NCBI RefSeq assembly: GCF_032191835.1
Contig: NC_083224.1
Coordinates: forward strand, 127,720,001-127,784,000
Reading direction: 5' to 3'
DNA from: Heteronotia binoei
Lineage: Eukaryota
DNA length: 64,000 nucleotides
Below, one piece after another: positions 1 to 11,832 of this stretch; positions within the stretch are counted from its first letter, which is position 1, and every line of letters starts with the position of its first letter. The notes under the pieces were generated by a model. The model did no database searches, was not told the DNA's origin, and saw nothing but the letters and a program-made list of their open reading frames with translations. The position numbers were made by a program, and so were the translations under genes.

Positions 1-748
1 AGGAGCAAGGTTGTGACAAGCATGAATGAGTTATGGCCATCACATTAAAAAAGGACCACTCTCCTTTTAAATGTCTTCCCTTCATTGGAAATAGGGTTGC
101 CAGGTCTGACTGCAATTCTACGCATGGCTTTTTAAAGGGATACCCACACACATTTAAAAAGCAGTCAAAATAAACACAGTTTGCAACCCCACACTTTTTT
201 GTGATCACACTGGGGTAATTTACTCACTGGGAGCTGCTGAATGTAACAATCCGCTGTATTTCAATCAGCTTCTTCAAACACAGGAACACAAATGGACAAC
301 AGCCTAGGGGGTGGATTTTTCTCCCTCCCAAAATCAGGCTCTAGCTAATTCTTTAGTATCCATATTACTGTAGAAATGACTTCTGGAGCAAATCTAAAAT
401 GAACAGAGGGACTGTGCTGGTTCCTCTGCTTTTCTCACAGACTGATTCACAACCACATGGCTCTGCCTGCTCACCCTGCAACTCTTCTTGGCTGATTTAA
501 AGGCACATACATTTGGAAACACAAAGAGTTGCAAGTGTCTCCTAACCCTGCTGAGATCTAAAGAAACATGGAGGCTGTTGGAGGGGGATTCCCCTTGCCA
601 ACCAGCTGACTGCCAGCAGGGAGGAGCCTGCAAAATCAAGGGATCCCCAGTCTGGACCTGGGGACAGGCAAGCCTACTGATAGCAGGAGGTTTCAGAGGC
701 TCTCTTTGGACCAAACTAGACATGATGGTGTTCTCGTGATGATTATCA

Positions 749-996
749 TAGGGTTGCCAAGTTCCCCGCAGCCTCCAGTGATGGACTTTTTTCTCACATG
801 CGTAGTGTGTGTGGCGTGATGACATCACTTTTCCCGGAAGCTCCTAGAGCAGCCAGTGTGTGATGTCACTAGAACAATGATGTCACTTACAAGTGATGTC
901 ATCTGGCCAGTGACATCAGGAGGGGATCTCCCCACTGGTCCACTGTGGGCCAGTGGGTTGGGGACCCTTACCCCACCCAGGAGCTTGGCAGCCCTG
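749..996. mobile_element. hAT MITE (TAGGGTTGCCA TIR)
   Basis: TSD GATTATCA/GACTATCA (7/8). Internal GTGATGTCA subterminal repeats. Confidence 0.75.
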
Positions 997-3042
997 GACT
1001 ATCACAACAATATTGATGCCATTTTTAAATGATTTTAAAAATCTGTGAGGGCCTGATTTTGATTGGACCTGCAGTGCAGCACTCCTGTTTACCCCTGTAC
1101 CTTTTCACATGCCAAAACAGCTGCAGGGGGTATAGTGCAGCCATATTTGGCACTTGATGAGGTGCAGGCAGGAGACAAAATTTCATCAGCCTGCTGTGGG
1201 CCCTCCTGGTATTTTTAATTCACTTTGAAATGGCAGCAGAATCCCCATGGTAGCCACAAGGACATGGTAGCCACAAGAAAGTTTGGCCCTTTCTCTCCGG
1301 GAAGTACATCACCAAGCCCAGGAAATATCCTGTACAGGACCAATTCTATGAAGGATTGGTTCACTGAGATGACCAGTTAATGGTGGGTAGGTTTCAATAA
1401 CAAGTGCAGCACAATTAGGTAGGATTAAAGTTTCCAGGTCTGGGCTGGGAAATTCCTGGATCCTGGGGAGGGCATAGTTTAGGGAGAGAGTTCAGCAAGG
1501 ATGTGATGCCATTGAGTCCAACCTCTGAGGATGTGATGCCATTGAGTCCAACCGCTGCCATTTTTTCTAGGGTGATATTGAAGTCTGAAAATATTTAGTT
1601 CTGGGAGAACTCCAGACCTCACCTGGAGTTTGGTAACCTTAAGAAGGATAGTAGACAACACAAATGTAATTTTCATCATTATTGAAGAAATAATACTGTA
1701 GGACATAAAGAAATAACTTGATCTGATAGAATTACAAAAACTGTAACAATATGACATTTCAACTTGTTTTAAATAAATAGAGATCTCTTTCAACTCTTTC
1801 CATATCAACAATTGGATAAACAACAAAAATATATGGCGGCACAATGCAGAGTGAAACATAGTTTGTAAAAGAAATCAATCAAGGTGGCAAGATAAAGATA
1901 TCCAGGCAGTAGACTTTTCCAGATGTTCAAAGAATGAATGTGCTGGGGGCAAGCATGATTATAGCTGCAAGCTCTACTCTGACCTACACACTTCCATTGG
2001 AAATATACATGGGCTTGGATTCTATGCCTTGATACTTCATGTGCTTCCCGTTAGCCATAGTGGAGGTGGCCCTCCAGTGTGGAGCACATTCCTCTCACAT
2101 TTTGAAGCATTTTGAAAAACACTGGTCTTGCACAAGCAGAAGTGTTTCCTAAATGACATTTGCTCTGCAGCAGAGGACAGCCACCACAATGGCCAAAAAG
2201 ACGAATTTTGGAATGAAGGCTTTAAATCCAAGCCACAGAGTCCTTGCTTGTACACTACAGTTTGGAATTGGCTGTCTTATTACTTTAGTGTTCCATTTCA
2301 TGGAGGAAGCCCCACACACATGCACTTGTATCAGTGTAGGCTTCATAGAAATCTCAATACATGCATGTAGGTCAGGCATCAACCTTACCAACTCATGTAC
2401 ATTGATTTGTCTCTCTTAGACCTTCTGAGAAGGTATATGAATATTTATTGAAAACTCTGTCTTTTAGGCTGAGAAACATTAAGTTAGCTATATTTGGGGA
2501 AAGTACATTGAAGTCTCAATACGGTGAAAATTATTTTACAGTTTTTGCTAGATAGTTTTTTACCATGCATTTACCATGCATGTAGAGAAGAGAAAGGTGA
2601 TAATACATAATGTATGGTAGTCTTGTCCACATTTTTAAGACTGGGAGTATTATCTTTCAGATGACATGAATTAGAGTTCTTGTGGATTCATGCAAAGGGA
2701 TTGTCACTATGAGTAAAAATGATCTGATTTTTCATCTAGTAATAGCAGCAAGGATTTTAATTGTGCAGAAATAGAAATCTAAAGAATTACCATAGATTCA
2801 TCATTGAATCCATAACCACAGTCTGATTAACCTAAAATGAACATGTTGCATTAGCTACCCCTCAAAAAAGGAATTTACAGTCTGCTAAAATATTTAAAGT
2901 AACTTTGAAGCTGACTGAATATTGTGAGATTAATTACTAATAATTTTCATAGCTGGTAAGAATTATCTAATTAGTAATAATAGAATTTGTAGCAATTTTA
3001 TTGATGTAAGTTTATTTTACAGATTGCTTTTCATTTGCACAT

Positions 3043-3233
3043 GAAACTGTCCTATGCTGAATCAGACCCTTGGTCCATCAGTCAGTGCTGTCTATTCAGA
3101 CTACCAGTGGCTCTCGAGAGTTTCAGATGGAGGTCTTTCATATCATTCACTACCCGATTTCAACTGGAGATGCTGGGGATTGAACCTGGGACCTTTTGCA
3201 TACAAAGTGGATGTTCTACCACTGAGCCACACC
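3043..3233 (-). mobile_element. tRNA-derived SINE with CR1-like tail
   Basis: Minus strand GGTGTGGCTCAGTGGTAGAAC...GGTCCCAGGTTCAATCCCCAGCA (A/B boxes), followed by ...GACCAAGGGTCTGATTCAGCATAGGACAG resembling a CR1 3' end. Confidence 0.6.
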
Positions 3234-4587
3234 TGCTTCTTGTTTAATTGTCTAATGAAAAATTGGCAGTGGGCATTGTCAACTTAGACTGAACTGAATG
3301 TAGTCTTCAAACATGTGAAATACTCTTTTACTGGACCTTTTCAAAAACATCTGGCTTTTTAATATCATGTCTAGTCCAGTGTCAGTCATGTGATATCTTG
3401 TTGCCACATGAAGGCTTAAATGCATGTAGCTTATGATTGCTACTGCATGGATCACTATTTGTTGGTCTTTTCAAGAAGTCTTACAGTGCAAAAACACTTT
3501 CTTGGAAGTAAGCCCCATTTTGTAGACTAGACCTGCTGTTCAGTCTTCAATGAACTGAATAAAATAAAGCAAAATACATTTTTAAAGCAAAAAGTTCAAA
3601 AATGGTATTCATCACTTTTAAAACAAAAACAGCATTTTAAGTCCCTGTAGGTAATGAATAGTAAGGGAATACTTGGTCTTTAACTAGTAAAAATATTCCA
3701 TGGAAGTAACAACCCAGTGAGAGCAATGGGTGGGAAGAGACATCTAGCAAATGTCACAGGCACTGCAAAGAAGTATTCATGACATTGCCCTCAAAATTCA
3801 CAACAGCAATTAATGCACTATGTGGGAAGAATATTTTAGTGACAAAACACTGTATTTGGGATAACAGAAAATACTGTTCTGGGATAATGCAGTAAACCTC
3901 CGAAAGAACCAATCATTGATAGAAGAAATTAGCATTTCACAGTAACAGTAGTAATGATAATAATATTTCACTTGCACAACAAGTGAGTTAACACTATGAG
4001 TTAGCATTTGAAAATACCCTTAGTATTTATTGATGATTAATAAATGGTATGGCAACTCCATGCATTTCACTGATCTCTTGTTACAAAAACAGCAAAATCA
4101 TCAATATATACAACAATATTTTCTGTTCTTCAGTTTCTTCTCCCTCTCCCTGGATTAACATGAACCAATTTTTCTTTCTTTTTCAATGTAAAAAAAAGAA
4201 GGCTGGAAATGTCTGACCATTTTAAAACCAGTCTTTTAAATAACTTATTTCACACTCAATCTACATTCATAGTTCCATTTTAAACATTATGGGTTTTTAT
4301 CCCATGTTGCAGGAAAATCCAAAGGATGTCTTTGGTACATGCACAAAAAAATTGCATTCTGGGCTATGAATTACAAAAGACACATGACTTGTACATTGTT
4401 ACCTACAGCATTCCCATTTCTTAATAATGTAACTATTTCCTTCAGACAAGGAAAAAATATATATACACCTAAAAGATGACCAAATATATCACTTCCTTAT
4501 AATGTATATGTAGAGGACATATCTCTGATGCCCTAATTCACAGCAAAATATGGTGATGAACCAAAAGTTGTTTACATGCAAGTTGCT

Positions 4588-4872
4588 TCAAGCTGTTGTG
4601 TGGCTGATTTTGTCCGACAATATGATGGGCTGCCCTTTCCATCCATCCTTAGAGTGGCAAGAGATGGCATTTGCTACCTGGCAAGCCTTTTGCAGGAGAA
4701 TCTTCCTAAACAGCAGATAAACCCAGGGGTCCAAGATCTGATTCAGTGAGGCCAAGCGGATTGCGGTCAAGAAGAAATTGCACTCTTTGTGAAGTTCTGT
4801 GCTTGTTTGATTGCAGGCTGTTTCACATTGATTCATAGAGATAGGGCTGAAGGTGACTTTCAACATGATAAT
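4588..4872 (-). CDS. PTGER3: PTGER3 coding exon 2 (ECL3, TM7, read-through C-tail), joined protein about 393 aa
   Basis: Acceptor tttctcttgtttttatag|ATT at 4873/4872, phase 0. Translation IIMLKVTF...[36 protein letters not shown] carries the prostanoid TM7 signature, followed by [29 protein letters not shown]. Internal donor CAG|GTAGCA at 4678/4677. Confidence 0.95.
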   Translation of the reverse strand: MIMLKVTFSPISMNQCETACNQTSTELHKECNFFLTAIRLASLNQILDPWVYLLFRKILLQKACQVANAISCHSKDGWKGQPIILSDKISHTTA

Positions 4873-5404
4873 CTATAAAAACAAGAGAAAACATGCATGA
4901 TGTAGACATAGACTATCTAATTATGAGACATTTCTTTACAAGGGACACTAGGCACCAGTATTAAGGGAATTGTTATTTGAAAAAAATGCACTAAGTCACT
5001 GCTGGAGAAGTACAAATATGCCCTTCTTTGGCTCCTGTGCTTTCAATATTTGTTGTTGTGACTTCTTCATGTCACTCATACTTGTTCCTGAGTCATTTGT
5101 TTCTTTTACATTATTTTACAGCATTTTTGATACCAAGTATACATCATATCAAATTTCTATATAAAAATTATAGAAGTAATGGGGGGAATTGAAATTTTAA
5201 TGAGGAAATTTGATGTGAATAAACAAAAAATGGTATCAAAACTCAATGGTAGGCTTGCCAGCCTCCAGATCCCAGCAGGGGACCCCTGGTTTTGCAGGTT
5301 TCTCCCTGCCACCAGCCAGCTGGCCAGCAGGGGGAAGCCCCACCCCAATAGCCTCAATGTGCCTTTAAACCTCAGCAGACTTAAAGGAACCTTGCAAACT
5401 GCTT

Positions 5405-5691
5405 GGTCGTTTTCGCACTCACCTTCCGCCGGCGCGACCCCCCTCTTCACCGTGCAGGATCTGTGCGGATTTCGCACTAAACGCTGCGGAGCAGCCAGAA
5501 AAGCCGGAAGCTCCTGTCGCAAAAGCCGCGCAAACGCCAAACTGCTTTTTGGCGGTTTCAGTTTGAGCAGCTTTTGCGCCGGGAGCTTCCGGCTTTTCTG
5601 GCTGCTCCGCAGCGTTTAGTGCGAAATCCGCGCAGATCCTGTGCGGTGAAGAGGGGGGTCGCGCCGGCGGAAGGTGAGTGCGAAAACGACC
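5405..5691. mobile_element. Young, almost fully palindromic MITE, PIF/Harbinger-like
   Basis: Arms of about 125 bp starting GGTCGTTTTCGCAC, with about 7 mismatches. 3-bp TSD CTT at 5402-5404 and 5692-5694. CpGs are retained. It sits inside a hAT MITE starting at 5250. Confidence 0.8.
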
Positions 5692-8023
5692 CTTGAGTTT
5701 TGAACTGTGTGTGTGCCTTTAAATCTCAGCCTACATGGATGAGGTGAGCAAGCAAAGTCACTTGGCTCTTCCTGATGACTATGTGAACCATGTGAGAAAG
5801 GAAGAGAAGCCAGTACCGTCCCTGTGATTGTTTTGCATTTGTTTCAGAAGTTGTGCATATAGTAAAATGGAGTTAGAACCTGATTATGGAATGGAAAAGA
5901 ACTCCATCCCCTAGGCTGCTCTCCTTTTCTTTTCCTGTTAGTCTGAAGAAGTTGGTTGAAATACAGCAGATGTTACATTCAGCAACTTCTGCGAGTAAAT
6001 TGCCCCAGTGAGATCACAAAAGTATGTGCTTGCAAACTGTTTATTTTGGCTCCTTTGACTCTGTGTGTGTGTGGTCACTTTCATTTAGTGGAAGTGCAGC
6101 TGCTGGGGGATGAGGAAAAGGAGACTGAATTCAGGGGAATTTTTATTTATTTGTTTCAGGGAATGGGAAAGTCTCCAAGCTCCACCTCCAAAGTTCCCAT
6201 ATATTTTCTGAGTTGGACCTGCCCACCCTACTTATTGGTTTGATCCACACAGGAGGTAACCTAGTTGAAACTGTACACTTTGGATTATGTTAGGGTTGCC
6301 ACATGAGGGTTGAGAAATTCTTGAAGCCTGGGGTTTGGGGAGGGGAGGGACCTCAGCCTTCCAAAGCAGCCATTGATAAACTTCTGACACACGGATAGAG
6401 TGGCTGAAAGTTCAAAATCATTTAAAGAGGTTAAGAGGGTAAGAGGCTTTCTCATTTTTTGGTACTACCATCGTGTGTTATAGGGTTTTGAAATAGTACA
6501 AAGTCTTTTAAAACAGAAACAAGCCTTGTGCATGGATTTTTATATCATTCCACCACATCTGTTCTCTGCCTCCAGTCTGAACCAGTAAGCTAAGACATAA
6601 TTCCTAGCCCTAGACCCAACCTCATGTGGTTATGATCTTAATCAAGAAATGACCCAAAACTGAGGTTTCTGTTTAAAAAAAATTACTCGTATGAAATCAT
6701 CAGGGACTGCAGAACAAACAGAAACACACTTTTCTCCATCTCATAAAAAGCTGTATAGCAAAGTAGCTTTGCATCTCTATTTTATATTTTTCTGATCCAC
6801 TCGTTTTTCTGAAAAGTACAAGAGACCACAGGATTGGCTGACATTCATTTTCTGTTCCCTAAGCTCCCTATAAAGACATGCTCTTGCCTTGTGGGGAAGT
6901 GATGATGACCACTTTGCTTATGACTGAATTTTCACCATTTACCAAATGACTCACCTTTCCCAAACAGGGCGAGGTGATTGATATTAACCTGCCTTCCTTA
7001 TAAAACGTATCAATGACTCTGGCTTATTTCATCATTTTAGTGGTTTGGGATCTGCTACAGTCCATTGCTTTGGGCACCACAGGGTTATTATCAGATGTCC
7101 TAGAAAATCTGGGAACATGCTGCAGCTTTTTCTACCACCTTGCATGAGTCCTCTGGAAAGTTGAAAATGCAGGCTCAAAGAGAAGCCAAAGTGTGAGCTT
7201 TTCCCACATGGTTTCAGTTTTTTTATTTTATCCTTGTGGCTTCCACATTGCTAGAGAAACAGAAAGATTTGAAAGTCTGTTGTGGTAACACTTTCTTTAA
7301 AGTATAAAAGAGTCAAAGCAAGCAGATAAGAGGAGAAAAATAAAAATGAAAACTAGCAAGTATTCATAAGAACCAGAAAAAGGACTTTGCTTTGCTATCT
7401 CCCAGGCCACCCACTTCAGCACAACCTAATTGTAATATTCCAAATCATTACTACAACATAAAAGTTATTATTATAACCATGACTACCTTCTCACCTGTAC
7501 TTATCTAAAAGGACTCAAAGAATATTTAGTGTTCTGTTCTCAGTTTGTTTTAGAGGCCAATGCCAGGTCTTGTTTTAAAACTCTGGAACAGGACAGATAT
7601 GGCACACTTTTAAATTTATTGTCATGTAAGCATAAAGTAGCCTAGATGGACCCTCACAAGAAGACAGTGGAAATTAGGGATGAGTGCAAACCAGGAAAGC
7701 CTGGTTCAGGGGGTTCAGAAACTGGGTGGCCCCAAACTGAACACCCAAACAAAACCTGCTTAAACTGAACTGGTTCAGGGTCCCCCAGGTGACACACACA
7801 TGCCACCCCATGCCGTGTTGAGCGCACCCCTGGCATGCCTGCATCATCCAGAAGTGATGCAAGTGTATTGGCCCCCCAATGTACATGTGTTACTTCAGGC
7901 ACTGTCGGGCACATCCTCCAACACATCTGCATTTCGTGGAAGTGCTGCAAGCACATTGGGTGACACACTCACATCACTTCCAGATGATGCAGGCACACTA
8001 GGGACAACACCCAATGCTGCCCA

Positions 8024-8945
8024 GAATGGATCATAGAGTTGGAAGGGACCTCCAGGGTTATCTAATCCAAACTCCTGTACAATGTAGGAAATTAACAAAT
8101 ACCTTCCCGCACACATACATCCCCAGTGACTCCTGCTCCATGCCCAGAAGATGGAAAAAACCTCCAGGATCCCTTGCCAATCTGGCCTGGAGAAAAAATT
8201 CTGACTAACCCACAAGAGTCAATCAGCATTTCCCTGGGTGTGTAAGAAGGGGCCACAAGAATTAAGCACTGATGCAACTGTACATAAAATCCAAAATATT
8301 ATATTATTACAAATTAATGTACACTACAATTCTGTATGTTCAAAAATACTGCACCATACAGATATACAAATTGTCTTCTTCAAAGGATGTAAGGAAGGAG
8401 TGTGGTATTTCTGTTACACTATTAGTAAATTATAACAGAGTGTCCACCTGTAACAGCATCTAAACAGATCTGTTCTTTGAGAAAGCTTTAGAATATGCTA
8501 ATATTCACATTAGAGAAAGAAGGAAGATCTATACGGTGAAGGGGTTTTTTTGCGGACTAAAATTGAATATTGAACATTTAAGGAGTTGTTATTAATAGTG
8601 TGACTTGGAAATACTACACTCCTTCCTTACATCCTTTGAAGAAGACAATTTGTATAATATCTGTATAGTACAGTCTTTTCGAACATACAGAATTGTAGTG
8701 TACATTAATTTGTCTGTAATAATGTAATATTTTGGATTTTATGTACTGTATTGGTACACAGTTCTTTTGGATTACTGTTCTTGTTACAGTGTAACTCACA
8801 GAATCAGCATTGCTGTCAGATGGCCATCTAACCTCTGTTTAAAAACCTCCAAGGAAGGAGAGCCCACCACCACCTGAGGAAGCCTGTTCCACTGCGGAAC
8901 TGCTCTGTTAGGAAGTTCTTCCTAATGTTTAGCTGGAAACTCTTG
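8024..8945 (-). mobile_element. CR1 3' fragment of a different subfamily, split by an inverted-repeat MITE
   Basis: GATCATAGAGTTGGAAGGGACCTCC start. Continues at about 8790 with CATCTAACCTCTGTTTAAAAACCTCCAAGGAAGGAGAGCCCACCACC...TTAGGAAGTTCTTCCTAATG, typical CR1 C-terminal sequence. Confidence 0.7.
8278..8748. mobile_element. Inverted-repeat MITE, Tc1/mariner-like
   Basis: Arms of about 135 bp (8278-8410 and 8607-8748) beginning C(A/T)GTACATAAAATCCAAAATATT, with a 200-bp spacer. TA follows the right end. The left TA is not clean. Confidence 0.65.
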
Positions 8946-9137
8946 GCACATTGATGGGCCAAAAAACTAAACTTAACTAAGCAGAAGCTCAGTGAGTGTT
9001 CAGGGGTTATGAACTGACCAAAGTTTGGTCTGAACTTTGGCTCTGGTGCAGGTCTCTGCCCATCCCTAGTGGAAATGGCCCCTTTTGTTCAAGATGTGGT
9101 AAGTGTTCTTGTAATATTTGGGGGCCTCAGCAGACTT

Positions 9138-9666
9138 TAGGGTTGCCAAGTCCAATTCAAGAAATATCTGGGGGCTTTGGGGGTGGAGCCAGGAGACTTT
9201 GGGGGTGGAGCCATGAGACATTAGGGGTGGAGCCAAGATCAAGGCTGTGACAAGCATAATTGAACTCCAAAGGGAGTTCTGGCCATCACATTTAAAGGGA
9301 CGGCACACCTTTTCAATTCCTTCCTTCCATAGGAAATAATGAAGGATAGGGGCACCTTCTTTTGGGGCTCATAGAATTGGACCCCTGGTCCAATCTTTTT
9401 GAAACTTGGGGGGTATTTTGGGGAGAGCCACTAGATGCTATACTGAAACTTCAGTGCCTCTACCCCAAAAAACAGCCCCCCCAGAGCCCCAGATACCCGC
9501 AGATCAATTCTCCATGATTTTCTATGGGAATAAATCTCCATAGGGAATAATAGAGTTCCCAGCAGATATTTCCCTCCCCTCCCCCTGCTTTCTGACAACC
9601 CTGAAATGGGGGAAGGGCCTCCAAACCGGGGGATCCCCTGCCCCCACTTGGGGATTGGCAACCCTA
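9138..9666. mobile_element. hAT MITE (TAGGGTTGCCA TIR), young
   Basis: TIRs TAGGGTTGCCAA / TTGGCAACCCTA. Perfect 8-bp TSD GCAGACTT at 9130-9137 and 9667-9674. Confidence 0.9.
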
Positions 9667-10169
9667 GCAGACTTCCTGAACAATTTGAATGGGAAGCCAT
9701 GTTTTAGTGAGGGAACTTGAAATAAGAACTTTAATTGAATAAGAGACCTTGAATGGAATGAGAATGGAATGAGAGGAATGGAGTTAGCTGCTCAGTCCTA
9801 GCTATGTTTACTTAAAGATAAGTGCCACTAAAATGAATGGTGCTTACTGCAAGAAAGTACACATTAGACTGTAGTGCACCAAGTAAATCAAAATAACCTT
9901 TGTAATATCCCCTGAGAATCAGGACCAAAATTAACCTGTTCATGAAATGTCAGTACATCAAGTCTTTGATATGATTGATCATGCCTATGTATATTTTACA
10001 ATGATCTAATCTTGAAAAAGTAGTTCATTCTCTATTGTAACTGCTGTTTCAGTCTGTTCAATCTCTCTCATACAGAGAAGGTAGTGATATTACTAAAGTG
10101 CTTCAGAAAGATAGTTAACTTTTGAAAGATACATGCACACTTTCTAGAAACAGATTTTATTGTATTTAT

Positions 10170-10964
10170 TAGGGGTCCCAATCCCCCCGCTTTAGCGGGA
10201 GACTTCTGGGTTCCCAGCTTAATCTCCCGGTCTTCAAAAATTGAGAACCGGGGGGGGGGGGGAGGGGGGGAGAACATACCTATAGAGCTCCTGAGCAGTT
10301 TGTAAAATCCCTGTCCCTTTAAGGCTGGGCAGGAAGGAGGAAACAGGAAGGGCTTTGGAGAACGGCCCCTCCCTTCTTTGCTTTCGTTTTCTCAGCAGGC
10401 ACAGTTCTCCGGAAGAAGACCAAGTAAGTATTTGTGTGTGTGTGTGTGTGTGAGAGAGGGAGGGGGCAGGAAGGGGGATTCCCTCGTATGGAGGCCCTCC
10501 CCCCCTTTAGAAAGCGTGGGGGGGGGGAAATGTCTACTGGGCACTCTATTATTCCCTATGGAGAATGATTCCCATAGGGAATAATAAGGAATTGATCCGT
10601 GGGTATTGGGGGCTCTGGGGGGGGGCTATTTTTTGAGGTAGAGGCACCAGATTTTTAGTATAGCATCTAGTGCCTCTCCCCAAAATACCCCCCAAGTTTC
10701 AAAACGATTGGACCAGAGGGTCCAATTCTATGAGCCCCAAAAGATGGTGCCCCTATCCTTAATTATTTCCTATGGAAGGAAGGCATTTAAAAAGGTGAGC
10801 TGTCCCTTCAAATGTGATGGCCAGAACTCCCTTGGAGTTCAATTATGCTTGTCACACCCTTGTTCCTGGCTCCACCCCCAGTGTCTCCTGGCTCCACCCC
10901 CAAAGTCTCCTGGCTCTGCCCCCAAAGTCCCCAGATTTTTCTTTAATTGGACTTGGCAACCCTA
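10170..10964. mobile_element. hAT MITE with the same core as 9138 in opposite orientation and a different left end
   Basis: Perfect TSD GTATTTAT at 10162-10169 and 10965-10972. Left TIR variant TAGGGGTCCCA. About 10470-10964 is the reverse complement of the 9138 family core. Confidence 0.85.
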
Positions 10965-11689
10965 GTATTTATCTAAAACATTTCTGTGCTGCCTTTCTCC
11001 CAAGTCAGGGTCCCCAAGGAGGTGAAAATGAAAACATTTTAAACATTAAAACAGTGCTAAAATGACCAACATATAAAAAAATATTTTTTTAAATATTAAA
11101 TAAAAGCTATCAACAGGGAGGATTGTTTAAAAAAATTAAACAGCTATCAACTAGTAAAAATTAGTGAGAATGCCAAATGAAGCTCCAAAAATTCTTCTGC
11201 TAGAATTGTGAAGTTATATTATTGATCAAAGAAGTTTCTGTTTTCCATTTTAAACACAATCAGATTTCTAGCTCTCAAGCAGTACTGGCCCAACCACCAG
11301 AAAATGTTGGAAACTTAGGGTTACGAACCTCCAATTGAGGCCTGGAGACCTCACAGAACAGAGATCAGTTCTACTGGAGAAAATTGTTGCTTTGGGGGTG
11401 GACTCTATGTCATTATACCCTGCTGCAGTCCCTCCTGAAGCTCCACCCCTAACCCAGAGTTGGCAACCTTAAGGCAACTGCTAGGACACCAGATTCGGAG
11501 AGATACCAAATAAGCAAGAGGAGCCTTCTCTTTCCTAGAAGCTGCCACCATTCTCCATATTTCTTTCCCTTCCTCCTAGCCCTGCCTAAGCACAACTGTC
11601 TCCAATCTCCACTGCTGCTCCACCATGACCACCTACTAGCTCAATTGAGAGAGTGGCATGGTGTCTGAAGACACATCAGACACTTTGTG

Positions 11690-11832
11690 AGATAAGGGGG
11701 TTGAGAGAGTTCTGAAAGAACTGTGATTGGCCCAAGATCAACTTAGTAGGCTACATGTGGAGGAGTGGGGAATCAAACCTGGTTCTCCAGAATAAAGTCT
11801 ACCACCCTTAAAACTATACCAGACTGGCTCAA
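11690..11832 (-). mobile_element. Squam3-like SINE 5' part
   Basis: GAGCCAGTCTGGTATAGTTTTAAG...GAGAACCAGGTTTGATTCCCCACTCCTCCAC on the minus strand. A similar piece lies at 15980-16073. Confidence 0.65.

Noticed and set aside
1494-1556. Two-copy 30-bp direct repeat, superficially CRISPR-like
   Set aside because: It is a tandem duplication without spacers inside a hAT MITE in a vertebrate genome. A 17-bp duplication at about 1244-1277 is similar.
2128-2370. DEFWNEG peptide reminiscent of an EP3 alternative tail
   Set aside because: It is on the + strand, opposite to PTGER3, so it is coincidental.
6953-6975. TTTCCC...CAGGGCGAGG similarity to U1 snRNA
   Set aside because: The match is only about 16 nt with a gap, and the rest of U1 is absent.
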